The notes under the pieces were generated by a model. It searched no databases and had not been told where the DNA came from. It saw only the letters and a list, made by a program, of their open reading frames with translations. From Eledone cirrhosa (Eukaryota), in assembly GCA_964016885.1 (NCBI GenBank), contig OZ024743.1:164734001-164798000 (forward strand): DNA of 64,000 nucleotides, given 5' to 3'. The position numbers and the translations under genes were made by a program. This document shows, one piece after another, positions 1 through 13,408 of this stretch. Numbering within the stretch: the stretch's first letter is position 1; every line of letters begins with the position of its first letter.

Positions 1-708
1 CTGTTCCATGATTTGCTCCTGTATAGTGGACAAATCCCATTCATATCATTCTCCATAAGGGTTTTGAATTTAGCTATGGCTCCTTTGTACACGTTGATCC
101 TGTCTGTTTGGTTATAACCAGAGAACTGCATGCGGTGGATAAAGTGCTGTATGTGTCTCTTTAACTCTGTTGGATCACACATGTAGGACACATTTCTAAT
201 CACTCTTACCAGGTCAGCTATCAAGATATTGAACCTAGCAGTATCTGAGACAGCTGAGTTCCGGTGTATCAGGTACTTGGAGGCCATGTGTTTGGTATAA
301 TGTGAATGGAGGATTTGGGCTTTATCATTCCTAGTTTCCATCCAGAGTTCTGTATCCAACATGAGTAATCTATTGTCGTGGTGTTTAGTAGGGTGGCCCA
401 CTGATCTGGTATATGGAGCTAACTATTAACTGGATGCTCTCCGTGGTGCTAGCTTCTAGTTCCGATTCATGAACACTCTCTCGTGGGATAGTTTTAACTA
501 CTCTATTAATATCGTCAACATAGTGAAAGTACATGGATTTGGCTATGGAGTTCTCAACTAAGCGTTCTTTGAGGCTCCGGTTCCACCACAATATGAACAG
601 ATTGGCCATACTGTCAGTGACGTATGTTTTATTATTGAACTTAAACACATGGTCCTTTAGGATAGTTTTAATACTCGCTCCAACCGCATGAGCGATCATT
701 CTTTTCAC
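1..708 (-). pseudogene. Degenerate Penelope-like RT fragment
   Basis: The minus-strand ORF 385-708 has YFHYVDDI. Downstream frames give LDTELW and HYTKHMASKYLIHRNSA, resembling the PLE RT thumb. Interrupted by stops. Confidence 0.6.
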
Positions 709-1156
709 CTGGCCGTTGTTTTCTGGGGTCCGTTTGGCTCTGGTCCTCCTGCTTCATCTTTCCATGGTGGTGTTTGGGCAATGAGGTTATGGTGGGAGGT
801 CTACAAATACATAAACGTATATATATATATACATAAACAAATACTCGGATATCGAGTTTTGAAACGCAAGTGTAGTAAAATGGAAAACAACTCGGCGTAT
901 GGAAGCTGTTAAAACAGAAAAATACCGTCGAAGCGGCGTTGGGTAAAATATTACCTGGAAGGACAGAGATCAGCAGCTCGGTGTGATGAGGCGGCGGCGA
1001 CGACGGCAACAACAACCCGATTTCGAGTAATGGCATCACTTGATATTTAAACATGAGCATCACGGACCTGGTTTTTTAGTCCTGCTAGGGACTTGCCTAT
1101 GGCCAGTCATACCATCATGCACTGCACAAACTGTCACATATCAAGCGCTGTATGAG

Positions 1157-1204
1157 TATGTATGTATGTATGTATGTATGTATGTATGTATGTATGTATG
1201 TATG

Positions 1205-1233
<29 letters not shown>
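1157..1233 (+). repeat. (TATG)n microsatellite
   Basis: Directly visible. Confidence 0.98.
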
Positions 1234-1235
<2 letters not shown>

Positions 1236-1382
1236 CCCAGGACAAAAACAAAACCTGACAAAGGGCAGAAGAACGCATAAGAGTCAACGGCCATCAAAAG
1301 TGTGTAAATATGTATATACACATGTACATATGTATGTATATGTATATGTGTATATACATGGGTGCATGTGTATGGATATGCA

Positions 1383-1735
1383 CGGGGACATAGAAATAGT
1401 CGGACTGGACACCCGATCGCGTGGTTAAGCCACTGGGAGTGAAGGACCCCTAGCTTTTGTCAGGGCATTCTTCTAGGAGAAGGCAACTCAGGAAACTGGG
1501 ATAACTCCAATATAAAACCTGCAGCTCAGTAGTTACCGATGATGTTGATCTTTTCTTCTTTTCGGGTTATAGCTACTGTCGCTCAGAGAGTGGGATTGGC
1601 TCAGTGCACAGTCTTTCCTCACTTTAAAAAATATCTTCACGCACAGGCATTGCACGATAGAATTAATTAATAATTATTAATAATGGTATATGTGCAATGG
1701 CCATACTCGATAACGATGGGGCAGCCATCATGTAT
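1383..1735 (+). mobile_element. Short non-autonomous RTE-derived element (5' UTR copy)
   Basis: 1383-1685 is highly similar to 38994-39285, which lies upstream of an RTE-type endonuclease ORF. Here it runs into a short unique tail and atgt repeats. Confidence 0.6.
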
Positions 1736-1910
1736 GTATTCATCCATGTATGTATGCATATATAAAGGGTGGACGAACACACGAGAGTCAATGGCCATCC
1801 AACAATGTGTATACTCTGTGGGTGTATAAATGTATATATGTGGGTATGTGTGGGATTGGTTGCATGTACGTGTGTATTTTTTATTTACTTATTTTATTAT
1901 TATTATTATT

Positions 1911-4900
1911 TCATTTATCTTGCTTTATGTTCATACGAGTTATCACCAAGTCACAACCAGTGACCGCAGGAGACAACAAGGCCGCCATGCTGAAGAAAGA
2001 ACACACATACACACACGTGCATCTTTAGGTGTTTAAATTTTTGATGTACTTATATTGACAGAATCTTCCTTAGTATATGGGAAGTTCCCATTAGTACTAT
2101 CTTTCGTATTTCTTCTATACGCGGGTTTCCTGGGATTTGGGATAAGTAATCATTAGACCCCTTAGGTGTCATTCCTAGAGCGCCTACAACCACTGGTATT
2201 GTTTTAGTTCTCAACTTCCACATTTTTCCAATTTCTATCTTCAGGTCTTTATATTTGCTCAATTTTTCAAATGTTTTTATAGATACATTCTTGTCTATTG
2301 GAACGGATATGTCAATTAGCAGGCATACCCTCTTTTTAAAGTCCTTCAGTATTATATCAGGTCTATTTGCATCTATTTTTTGGTCTGTTTGGATGCTAAA
2401 GTTCCACAAGATTGAGATGTGATCTTTTTCAAGTACGGGAGGTGGTTGATGCTCCCACCAATTCTTTTGATGGGGCAGGTCAAAATCTTTACACATTACC
2501 CAATGTATGTATTGTGCAGTTCTATCGTGCCTGTTTAGGTATTCGGTTGGAGCTATAGGACTGCACATTGAAATTATATGGTCAATGGTCTCTGGTTGTT
2601 TTTTTACATACACGGCATAATGGGTTGCATCCATTTTTTATGATGTTGGCAGACAATGATCTTGTACTGATATAATCAGTCCTTCAGTCTCTGATTTCAG
2701 TCCAGAGGATGCCAACCACTGATGGGTTACGTTTTGTCAACATCAGGATTGTTAGCTCTTTCTGGGTATTTTCCATACAGAGGCTTTTCTTGCCATTTCT
2801 TAGCCAGTTTCTGTAGCAGTTCTTTATTTGCAGTTACTTTTACCTGCTTTGTTTTTTCTGTGTTTTTCATTTCAGCAGTAAATGGAACTTCTGAAATGTG
2901 TAGTTCATTACTGTATCTTTGTGCATCTTTTGTAATGGAGTATGATCTTTTGAAGCTTTCGTGTTTCAAAACGAGTTTGATCATCCAATCATGTGATTCC
3001 CTTAGTTGTGTAGATAATCCAGTTGTTGCAGTTTTCAAAGCAATATCTAACTGGATTAATCCACGTCCTCCTTTCCCAGGGAGATATATTCTATCTGTAT
3101 CTGCCTTAGGGTGATGAATTCTGTGCATGGTTAAACATTTTCTAATTTTTGTATCGAGCCTACGGATCTCTGTGTTTGACCAGTTGATGCTATTGAAACT
3201 GCGAGTTACTACTGGTATGGCAAGTCTGTTTATGGCATCGATCCTATTCCTTGCATTCAACTCCGTTCTTAAGATTGCTCTTACTCTGCGGTAACATTCC
3301 TTCCTTACCCTTTCCCTCATTGTCGAGTACTTGATTCCATCTCCTTCACAAACACCTAGATATTTATAGGTTTCCTCTTGGTCAAGTTCTCTTATCACGT
3401 TCCCCCGGTCAAGATTATTGTCTGAATTTCTCAGCAGCTTTCCTCTGGTGAACGTTGCTTTGGCGCATTTATCTAGTCCAAATTACATTTTAATATCATC
3501 ACTGAACTGCTTCACAGTGTTTCATTGAGCATTTTACTTAATGGCATAAGTGCGATACAGAATAAAAGCGGTGATAAAGAGTCACCCTGAAAAATTCCAC
3601 AATTCATATTAACTTCTCCAGCTTCCAGTAATATTTTTTCACTGTTCAAAAGGAGTGTTGTTTTCCATGTTTTCATACTGAATGACAGGAACCTCCTGAC
3701 AAAGGAAGATATTTTGAAAATCTCTAAATACTTTTCAATCCAACTGTGTGGCAAACTATCGAATGCTTTTTTGTAATCTATCCAAGCAATTGATAGATTT
3801 TTGTGTCTATTATGACAATCTTCCAGTATCATTTTGTTAATCAAAAGCTGGTCCTTACAGCCATATGAGCCTCGTTTACACCCTTTCTGCTCATTGGGAA
3901 ATAGATCATTTGTTATCAGGTGATCATATGTAGATTCATTTAGAATTGATGTTAAGATTTTATACATTGTGATCAAGCAAGTTATCGATCTATAATTTTT
4001 TGGATTATTTGTCTCATCATTCTTCGGAAATAGGAATGTAATGCCGTTAACTAGCCATGGTGGTATCTTTTCTGGCTCCTTAACTATTTCATTGTAAAGT
4101 TGGGCTAACAGCCCATGAGACTCTGTGAAGGCATTTATCCAAAAATTTGGTATTTTGTCTTTCCCTGAGGATTTCCATTTGCTGGTTTTTCAAAGAGACA
4201 AACGCAGATGTTCAACTGTTATATTTCCCCATGTTTGTTCTTCAAGGTGAGCTGTATCTTTCATTTGTCTGTCTGTCCATGGGGCATGTATATTATGAAT
4301 TTTTTCTTTAGCCCACATCTTTTTCCAGAATTCTTGCACTTCCTTCTTGGGTGGTATTGATTTAGCAGTTATTGTCGATGCCAATTTTTCTGTAGAAGTT
4401 TTTTTCCTTGTTTTTGAACATATTATTATCCTTATAGAATCTAGAGCGTTTTTCAAAGCGCCTTATGCAAGCAGCTTTGGTCAACACATTTTGCTTGATT
4501 GTTTCTATTATTATGTCTATGCCACTTGTTGATTTTATATTGTATTTTCTTTCCAATTATCTGAGTTTAGTTTGTTTAACATGTTCACCTACTTTGTAGT
4601 TTGCTAAATTTTCTATGTCAGATCGAAGAAGATTTATTTGGCGATTGATGTTCTCTAGCCAAGTAGGTTTTTTGTGGGAATTCCTTTGTTTTTTCATTTT
4701 CACTCCACATAAGTGAGTGGTGACTTTAGCCGATGCATAGTAGAAATGATTTAGATCAGTAATGTTTAGTTTATTTGTGATGATAATGTTTTTGAGAGCT
4801 ATGTGTGTCTTGCGTTTTATCCTCTGGTTTTGTTTGGAGTTCTGGATCTTAGGGAGGGTGTCTCGTTACCCCATGTCAGATTCTTTCATTTTCATCCATT

Positions 4901-5710
4901 TGATCATAAATTCATTCTTCAATTTGGCGAGTTCATTCGCATTCATTTCTTTATCATTGATGATCTCATTGTTTTCATTTTGAGTTTCATCTTGAGCATG
5001 CACTCCTTCCACTTTTTCGATCCTTTCTTTAATTTGTTCTGCTGTCAGTGATTCCGTCCCCATCCTGGGATTTAAGGGGTTACAATTTACTTCGCTTTCA
5101 CTGACACATGTTTCATTTTTACTTCGATGACTTTGTGCTAATAGCTTGATCTGATCAATTTCTATGTCAGTTAGAAACTTCTTCTTAATGTTTCTTCGTA
5201 TATTAGCTAGTTTGTTACTGTCAATATAATGTTTTCAGGATATTTCTTTTTCCAGTTCGATATATGTCTGTTCTGTATTCGATCTATTTGATGGGTAGTA
5301 CATGGCAGTGTAGAAAGCCTCAAGGACTTCTTTATTGTCTTCCCTTGACCATTTTTCTCTCTTTTTCTTTGGATTTCTTGGTGGTGAACATGGAGGGCCA
5401 TCTGTTTGATAGGAAGGTTTAATAGGAAGGTTCGATAGGAAGGTTTGTGAACCATTAGCTTATTTTTCGACCCCCATTCTGGTTCCTCTCTTAGGGTCAT
5501 GGCCCTTGTTGACCCGGATGACGGCCGATCCGGCGTGAGTTTTTGACATTGCATTTATTTTGTTGCGTTTTATTCTTAACCGCCAAGGGGGTAATCATTT
5601 TGAGTTACCACTCTTAGGACGAGTGTCAACCAAGACTAGAGGGGTCATCCTCCCCTTGAGGCACGGCTATTCCCCACCGGCCACCACCCGGTATTTCTTG
5701 GTCACGGGTT
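1911..5710 (-). mobile_element. R4/Dong-clade non-LTR retrotransposon, family 1, near full length, frameshifted
   Basis: Consecutive minus-strand ORFs carry [67 protein letters not shown] and RPDII..LIDISVP (RT plus restriction-like endonuclease). The 3' end abuts (ATT)n. Confidence 0.88.
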
Positions 5711-5877
5711 TTTTTTTTAATTGTTATTAATTTGAGTGATTCCTTAATGTGAGTCCTGTGTTGCTAATAAAGAAATTATTATTATAATTTACTTGTGACC
5801 ATTGTTGAAGTTGACTTTGTTGTTGTTGTTGTTGGCTATGCCGGTGGTTCTGGGGCTTTATTATCATTATTATTATT

Positions 5878-8800
5878 GTGGAAGTATCCACGTCGCAGGA
5901 AATTTTGTCCCCGTAAGTTTGTGATTTTTGAACACTTTTATTACGAACTTATTGTATAAATCTATATCGTTTTGAGGTGGTCGAAATTAATCGGTATTTA
6001 GCTCTTCGAAGCTAAATTCCAATTTGAACTTTGCATTTAGCAAATACGCCCACAAAAAAAAAAGAAAAATGGCGTCTTTCAAAAAAATCTGTTTCTCTAC
6101 CATGTCTCCACACAAAAATTACTCCTTCACCAAGCTATCGGTCTCAACCTTGTCTTTGCTCACAACAATTTATTTCTTCACCCAGCTGTCGGCGTGGAGT
6201 CTCGCTTTCCTTTTCGTCTTCTTCATAGTGAAAGTCAGGCATTTCATTCTCTTCTCCATCAGGCGGCGGCCGAGAATCAGCTGCTGCTGATGCATTTGAC
6301 AACAAAGGAGGTAGCAGCAGCAACGGCAGTATTAAAAATAACACCAGTGGCAGCAGTAGCAGCAGCAGCAACACCAACAACACCGTTTGTAGCAGTAGCA
6401 ACAACAACAGCACCAACAACAAGACCAGTAGCAGCAGTAGCGGCGGCAACAATGATGCCACTGAAAAAGGGACCATCTCTTTTGCTAAGGTGGCTCGCAA
6501 CGTAGAAACAGTCCTGATAACAGAGGAGGAGATGGCGGTCGCAAAACACATGGTAACCAGAACTGAATTTTCAGTGTCCTTGAAACCACCAACCGACTTC
6601 CTGGAGGAACAAGAGCGACGCACAGTGTCATGCCGCACAATTGCCACGAAATCACGCCGTGTGGAGAGAGCCTCGGAGGCCCAAGTCCAGAAGGCCTTGG
6701 GAACTGTGTGGACACGGAAAACCCACATCATTCATGGCAAGAAATATGCTACTGTGGACGTCCTTTTTGCTACCACCCAGGAAGCAAAATCGCACTCACT
6801 GAGGAGCCGACGCAGTGATGACATAACATTAGTCCCGTTTTACTGCGGGGAAAAATTGCAAAGGGTAACCCAGGGCCCGCCATACGTACCTGTGCCTTGG
6901 CTGGTCGTGTCTGTTCTTGCGGGCATCGAGGATAGAACAATCATTCTGCAGGTACAGAAGTTGGGGAGAGAGGACTGGTCCGGTATTGGAACGGAGATGC
7001 TCATCCAAACCGACTAGGACTGCATCAGCGCTATTCCCGACGTAATAGACCTCGGGAATGGCTCCCAACTTCCCATATCTGTGGAAGGAAGGCGCCAAAA
7101 GTGCTTGATCTGTGGGTCGAAGTCTCACCCCAGGGCCTTCTGCCCACAGAAAATAACAAAGGCGAAGGTCTCCCTCCTTCCAACGCCGGAACCGCTGCCA
7201 TCAGAAACAGAGCAGTCAGCGAAAAAGCCGGGAGCTTCTACAGACAGTAGGAGGACAACACCAAAGCCATGGACAAGAACAGCGGCGGCAACTGCAGTAA
7301 CAGAAACAGTTGCACTAGCTGCACCTGTGCCAAGAACGGCAAACCAGACTCCACCAACAACAAAGACAAATGAGAGGGTAGAACTCATACCCCTCCCGAC
7401 CTCTCACAGTCGGACATGAAGTATGAGGCGGCTGAGGAGTGGAAAACGGTTGTCAACAAAAAAAACAACAACTCCAAAACACCACAGCTTCTCCATCCAA
7501 AGGCGAAAACAAAGAAAGAGGTGTAAAGGCTGCAAGGAGGCTTGCAGCAACACCTCCACCACCACCACCACCACCACCAGCATCACCACCAACAACAACA
7601 ACCACAACAACCACACCAGCACCACCACAAACAGCAACATTGCAAACACAACAAAGCACACACACCCAACAGCAACAACAAGAAAACAGCACCCCCCTCA
7701 CCCCCACCCCCCAAAGTACAAAGTCATAAACATTGCACACCAAGGATTAATGGAACATATAAAACAGCACACTGATATTTCTGACTTAAATTACCACACC
7801 CCACCAACACCAAGAACATTACCAAAAAATATTAACATTGTGGAAATTTAACTCGAAGATTACAAACAATTAAAACAAAAATTCCCCAACGCAGTAATTG
7901 CGCAGACATGGGCCATTCCAGACAGATCCATCCACCACAACCTCCATCTCATGCGATACATCATAGAGAGGGTGGTTAAGGAACCTGGCACGGGTGTGGC
8001 CCTGATCAACTTGGATAAATCTAAAGCATTTGATAGGGTCGACCATTGGTACCTGGCGGCGGTCCTCGAGGCAGTCGGCTCCGGCCCCGTTTTTATGGAC
8101 CGGATCGCTGCGATGCACAACAACATCTGCTGGAATGTGAGAGTGAATGGTCATTTGTCGCAGCCGTTCAGCATCATCCGCTCAGTCCACCATGGTTGTC
8201 ACCTCTCGTCCCTCTTGTATGTACTGGCCCTCGAGCCATTACTGCACAAATTGGAGACCATGAGGGGCGTCTCATGCGAACTGAGATGCGGGAGATCCGT
8301 ATCAGCTTACGCCGACGACGTCAACGTGGTGGTGTTGAGCACCAAACACGTCCAGATGCTCGGCACCGCTCTCAAGGAATACAAAGCGGTGACAAGAGCA
8401 AAGATAAACCAGGAAAGTCGGTGGGCTTGCAACTCAACACCTGGAGAGGCAAGTCCATGCCGTCCGACAGCGTCGTGGGGCGCTGGACAGAAGGACCAGT
8501 TAAATTGATCGGGGTCTGGTTCGGACCGGACCTCCAGATGGAGAAAAACTGGAGCGAGGTGACGAGCAGAGTGGCTTCTCTCACCAAAAAAATTGGCCGA
8601 GAGGAGGCTGTCTCTGAAAGGTCGGGCGGAGGTAGCGAATGCGTACATCGCGTCCGTCATCTGCTACCGCCTGACCGTCGTACCTTGCCCCCGCCCAACT
8701 CTGACCAAAATGAAGCGTCTTCTCTTCCGCTTTTTGTGTACGGGGGGTGCTCCCATGGTCAGACGATCCATCTGCTGTCAGTACCCGTTGCGCGGAGGAC

Positions 8801-9913
8801 TGGGCATGCCGTGGCTGATGATGCGCAAACACGCGCTGAGGCTGCGACATCTCTGGTGCTTCCTTGACGGTGAACAGGTGTGGTCGCCGTTTTCCAGACA
8901 CGCTTTTCCCCAGCTCGTCTCCTTGACGGAGCTGCAGTCCTGGTTCAGGAAAAGACCGAAGGATAGCGCTTGGAAGCTGGAATGTCTCCAAGCGCTCACC
9001 GCCTTCTACCAGCTGGGCACTGATATCGGTGGGACATCGACATCGGCGTTCTATAGAGAGCTAGTGGAGGGGAAGAGCGACGACGTTTTCGGGGAGATCC
9101 TGGGCGTCGAAGACGATCAGCTGTTCGCTCTCTTCAAGAGAACTTTCAGCCCGGGCCCTATGGACAACTTCCAGAAATCCCTGGATTCGCAGTGCTACCG
9201 GGGAGCGTTGCCGGTTCGGGATAAGCTCTACAGGCACGGAGGTGCTGTCAGCCGAGCCTGTCCGAGATGTGTGCAGGGCAACGAAACCGTCCTGCACGCA
9301 CTCGTTCAGTGTACGAGAATTGCTGAGTTGTGGAGCTATGTCGAACAGTTGCTGTCGCGTGTAGGACGGATCCGGTTATCTACTGAGTCCATTGTGCAGA
9401 TAGCCCCACCATCCTCCTTTAAAGAGGAGGAAGAGCAGGCATTTTTCATCTGCCTGGTGGCCAGGGCAAAAGAGATTGTGTGGTGTACAAGGTTGAAAGG
9501 GTTGAAGACGGACACTTTACTCTCCAGTCAATCCTTGAATAACTTTTTCACGTTTCACTTGAAGAGGAAAATCAGGGTAGAGAGGCAAGTGCTGTCTTCT
9601 AGTAAGTTTGTTGAAAGGTGGGTGAAAGTGGCAAGTCTGGTCCGAGTGATCTGAGTATGCGCCTGTAGACTGAGGAGTGGGAAAACTGAGGAGGGCGCTT
9701 GTCTTGGTGGTCAGGGTGGCCCTGATCTTTTGTGTGGTTCTCGGACGTTTCCCCCTTTTTGGTGAATTTTTGTTGTTTGAATTTTTTAATTTGTTTTGAC
9801 ACTTTTCTGTCTTGTTATAACCTTTTTACACAGCCAAAAGCCACTTTGTATCGTTCTGTGCCGTCTGTAATGTTTTCTTCATGTTAGCCCTTGTGGCCAA
9901 TAAAGAAACCATT
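5878..9913 (+). mobile_element. Tx1-like LINE copy A, internally deleted and frameshifted
   Basis: Starts with gtggaagtatccacg after (ATT)n. ORF1 remnants include CLICGSKSHPRAFC and RT remnants include KAFDRVDH and YADD. Ends aataaagaaaccatt. Confidence 0.9.
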
Positions 9914-11048
9914 TCCATCTGCTGTCAACACTCGCTACGTGGAGGGCTGGCCATGCCGTGGCTGATGATGCGCAGACACGCGCTCAGGCTACGACATCTC
10001 CACCTCTTCCTCGACGGTGATCAGGTGTGGTCGCCGTTTGCTAGACGCGTCTTTCCCCAGCTCATCTTCTTGGCGGAGCTGCAGTCCTGGGTCAAGCGAA
10101 GAGCGAGAAGAGGCGCTTGGAGATTGGAATGTCTTCAGGCGCTCACAGCCCTCAACCAGTCGGGCAATGTGATCGGTGGAAACTCCACCTTGGCGTTCTA
10201 TAGAGGATTAGTGGAGGGGAAGAGCGATGACGTACTTGGGGAAACTCTAGGCGTCGACGAAAATCAACTAGCCAATCTCTTCGGAAGAACTGTCGGGCCG
10301 GGACCTATGGACAACTTCCAGAAATCCCTGGCCTAGGCAGTGCTACCGAGGGGCCTTGCCAGTTCGGGATAATCTCTACAGGCATGGAGGTGCCGTCAGC
10401 CGGGCATGTCCGAGATGTGCGCAGGGCGACGAAACCGTCCTGCACGCACTCGTCCAGTGTCCGAGAATTGCTGACTTGTGGGTTTATGTCCAACACCTGC
10501 TGTCGCATGTAGGACGGATCCGGCTATCAGCTGAGTCCATCGTGAGGATTGCCCCGCCATCTTCCTTTAGCCGGGAAGGGCAGGAAGTTTTTATCTGTCT
10601 GGTGGCCATGGCGAAAGAGATAGTATGGTGGACACGTTTGAAAGGGCTGAAGACGAGCACTTACCTCAAATTTCATTTGAAAAGGAAAATTAGGGTAGAG
10701 AGGGAAGTGCTCTCTTCCCAGCATTTTGTTGAAAGATGGGTGAGAGAAGCAAGAATGGCCCGAGTGAATGGGCCTACTCTGAGTATGTGTCTGTAAATTA
10801 AAGGTGGAAAACTGGGAGGGGGCTCTTTCCTTGGTGGTCAGGGTTACTGTGGCCTTTTAATGGGCTTTCTCCACAAATGTCCCTCCGAAGTCTCCCCCCT
10901 ATTGGAGAATTTTTCATTGTTATTTTTTTGTTACATCCTCTGTTTTTTGTTTTTTACACGCAGAAATGCCCATTTGTACCGTCCTGTATTGTCCTGCATT
11001 GTCCTTAATGTCTACTTTATGTAAACCCTTCTGGTTAATAAAGAAATC
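9914..11048 (+). mobile_element. Tx1-like LINE copy B, 5'-truncated (ORF2 C-terminus and 3' UTR)
   Basis: Very similar to 15920-17090. Ends aataaagaaatc followed by (ATT)7. Confidence 0.92.
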
Positions 11049-11282
11049 ATTATTATTATTATTATTATTGAATGCCATGGTTGACGGAGGCTCGGCTCTG
11101 TAAGGTATAGTAATTTTTAACCGTTAAAACAATTGTAAATTGTTTAAAACTTGAACCAAATTGTTGATAAAGACACCCTCCTCCTCGTGAGAGGGGTCTT
11201 TCTGTCCGTTATTTGGCCCTTCGGGGTTAAATAACCAGTTATTGGGGTTTTGTACCCAAAATTTCATTTTAAACAAAAAAAC

Positions 11283-13373
11283 ATGGCTACCAAAAAGAAA
11301 TTTCATACGTCACTCCCACTCATTCCGTCTTCTTCTTCCTCAATCATCACTACAGCAGAGAGAAGATTGTCTCTCTCCCTCCCTTCTTTAAATGTGTCTC
11401 TCTCCCTCCCTTCTCTTTCGCAAGCGACGAAAGAAAAGAAAAGTCTCGTGCAAAGCGTGCAAGGTTTCTCCACGACGACGACGACAGCGACGAAACAGGT
11501 GTGCGGGAAATACGAAAACCCAGTTCATTCGTCTGACGTCAGGAATAATAGCAGTAGCAGCCGTAATAACAACAGCAACAGTGACAATGAAAACAACAGT
11601 AGCAGCCGCAACAGCATCACCAGCAGCATAAACAACAACAGCATTAGCAGCAGCAACACCAACAACAACCACAGCAACAGCGGCGGAGGCAGTAGTCGTA
11701 GTACCTGCAGCAACAACAAAAGTACCAGCAGCTCTGACGACAACAACAACAGCAGAGAAAAACCAATCTCATTTGCAGGTATTGCGAAAAACCTGGAAAC
11801 AATCCTCATAACAAATGAGGAATTAGAGGAAGCGAAGAAGATGGTGACAAAGAACGGACACCGAGCAATCTGCAAGGCAGCGAAAAATTTTTTCGAAACC
11901 CAAGAGCACTGTACGGTCACGTACCGTACAGTAAGTACAAAATCCCGTAGGGTGGAAAGAGCCACAGAGGCCCAAATACAAAAAGCCTTGGGGTCTGTGT
12001 GGCAGAGGAAAACGCACATCACCCGAGGCAAAAAATACGCCACCGTAGACGTACTTTTTGCCACACCCCAGGAGGCAAAGGCCCAATCAGTAGTGACCCT
12101 AAGGAGCGAGGAAATGGTGTTGGTGCCCTCCTACTGCGGGCAAAAAATTGTGAGGGTCAAACTGACCCACGTCCCCCCCGGAATGACCCCTTCTTGGCTG
12201 GCCGCGTCTGTCCTCGTCGGAATCGAGGACAAAACAACTGTACTGCAAGTACAGAAAAAAGTAAGAGAAGATTGGGTCGGCTCCTCCATTGAGATGCTAA
12301 TCCAAACCAACCAGGAGTGCATCGAAGCTATCCCGGATGTGATAGACTTCGATAACGGCACTCAACTGCCCATAAGTGTTGAGGGCAAACGCCCGAAATG
12401 CTTTCGCTGTGGATCGAAGACTCACCTCAGGGCCTTCTGCAACGAGAAGACCCTGAGAAAGGAGAAAACCCCCCTCCTCCCGAATCCGGTTCCACGGCTA
12501 CCAGCAACAGGACAAGCGGCAACCAGGAACGATAGGTCCGTGGCACCCATACCCACTCCACGGAAATCAAAGACAGCAGCAGCAGTGGAAATATTAACAA
12601 CAACAACAGCAATACCAAATGCAGCTGCAACAGAGACTCCAGTGCAAACATCACCAACAACAACAAGTGAAAGAGTGGAGCTGGTACCCCTCCCCGACCT
12701 TACAGAATCAGACATGGAGTGTGAGGTGGGAGAGGGATGGCAAAAGGTCTCAAGAAGGCACAAACGCAGAAGCAGCGCATCGTCGCCTTTGAAAAGGGAG
12801 GAAAGAAATGAGAAAAGGGTAAAGTCTACTGCAAAGAGACCCACAGCAGCAACACCACCAACACCATCACCACCCACACCAGCACCACCATCACCACCGG
12901 CGACAACCCCACCGCCAACAACACCTTCAACACCACAAGCACCAACATCGCAAACACAACAACAAAACACACACACCCAGCAACAACGACAAGAAAATAG
13001 CAGAACCACACCCCACCCCCAGAAAAACAAATGCACGGCAATAAACACACACAACAAGAAACTAATGACTTACATAATTGAACACACAGACATTTCACAA
13101 CAGGACTACATAATACCAGCACCAATCAAAACGCCAACTAACATAAGACTGCTAAAAATAGCACAGAAACAATACACAAACATTAAAACGAAATTCCCCA
13201 ACGCAGTTGGTGATTTCAGGGACCTAGGAGGAACCATTAATCGAAGAGTATATTCAGACATTCTCTTAGAAGAGCCGACGACCAGCCGAAGGGACGATTC
13301 AACGGTCCCTTCACCAGACGATCAAGTGAAAAGGGATGTAAAAACCATCCCTCCTCTACCAAAAATACGGTAA
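11283..13373 (+). CDS. LINE ORF1 protein (RRM-like region, CCHC zinc knuckle, low-complexity S/N and T/P tracts)
   Basis: Open frame from the ATG at 11283. Contains CFRCGSKTHLRAFC (CX2CX4HX4C). Homologous remnants are present in copies A, D and F. Confidence 0.9.
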   Translation: MATKKKFHTSLPLIPSSSSSIITTAERRLSLSLPSLNVSLSLPSLSQATKEKKSLVQSVQGFSTTTTTATKQVCGKYENPVHSSDVRNNSSSSRNNNSNSDNENNSSSRNSITSSINNNSISSSNTNNNHSNSGGGSSRSTCSNNKSTSSSDDNNNSREKPISFAGIAKNLETILITNEELEEAKKMVTKNGHRAICKAAKNFFETQEHCTVTYRTVSTKSRRVERATEAQIQKALGSVWQRKTHITRGKKYATVDVLFATPQEAKAQSVVTLRSEEMVLVPSYCGQKIVRVKLTHVPPGMTPSWLAASVLVGIEDKTTVLQVQKKVREDWVGSSIEMLIQTNQECIEAIPDVIDFDNGTQLPISVEGKRPKCFRCGSKTHLRAFCNEKTLRKEKTPLLPNPVPRLPATGQAATRNDRSVAPIPTPRKSKTAAAVEILTTTTAIPNAAATETPVQTSPTTTSERVELVPLPDLTESDMECEVGEGWQKVSRRHKRRSSASSPLKREERNEKRVKSTAKRPTAATPPTPSPPTPAPPSPPATTPPPTTPSTPQAPTSQTQQQNTHTQQQRQENSRTTPHPQKNKCTAINTHNKKLMTYIIEHTDISQQDYIIPAPIKTPTNIRLLKIAQKQYTNIKTKFPNAVGDFRDLGGTINRRVYSDILLEEPTTSRRDDSTVPSPDDQVKRDVKTIPPLPKIR

Positions 13374-13408
13374 GTGGTCTTTCCCATCTTTTCCACTCTA
13401 TTTTAAAC

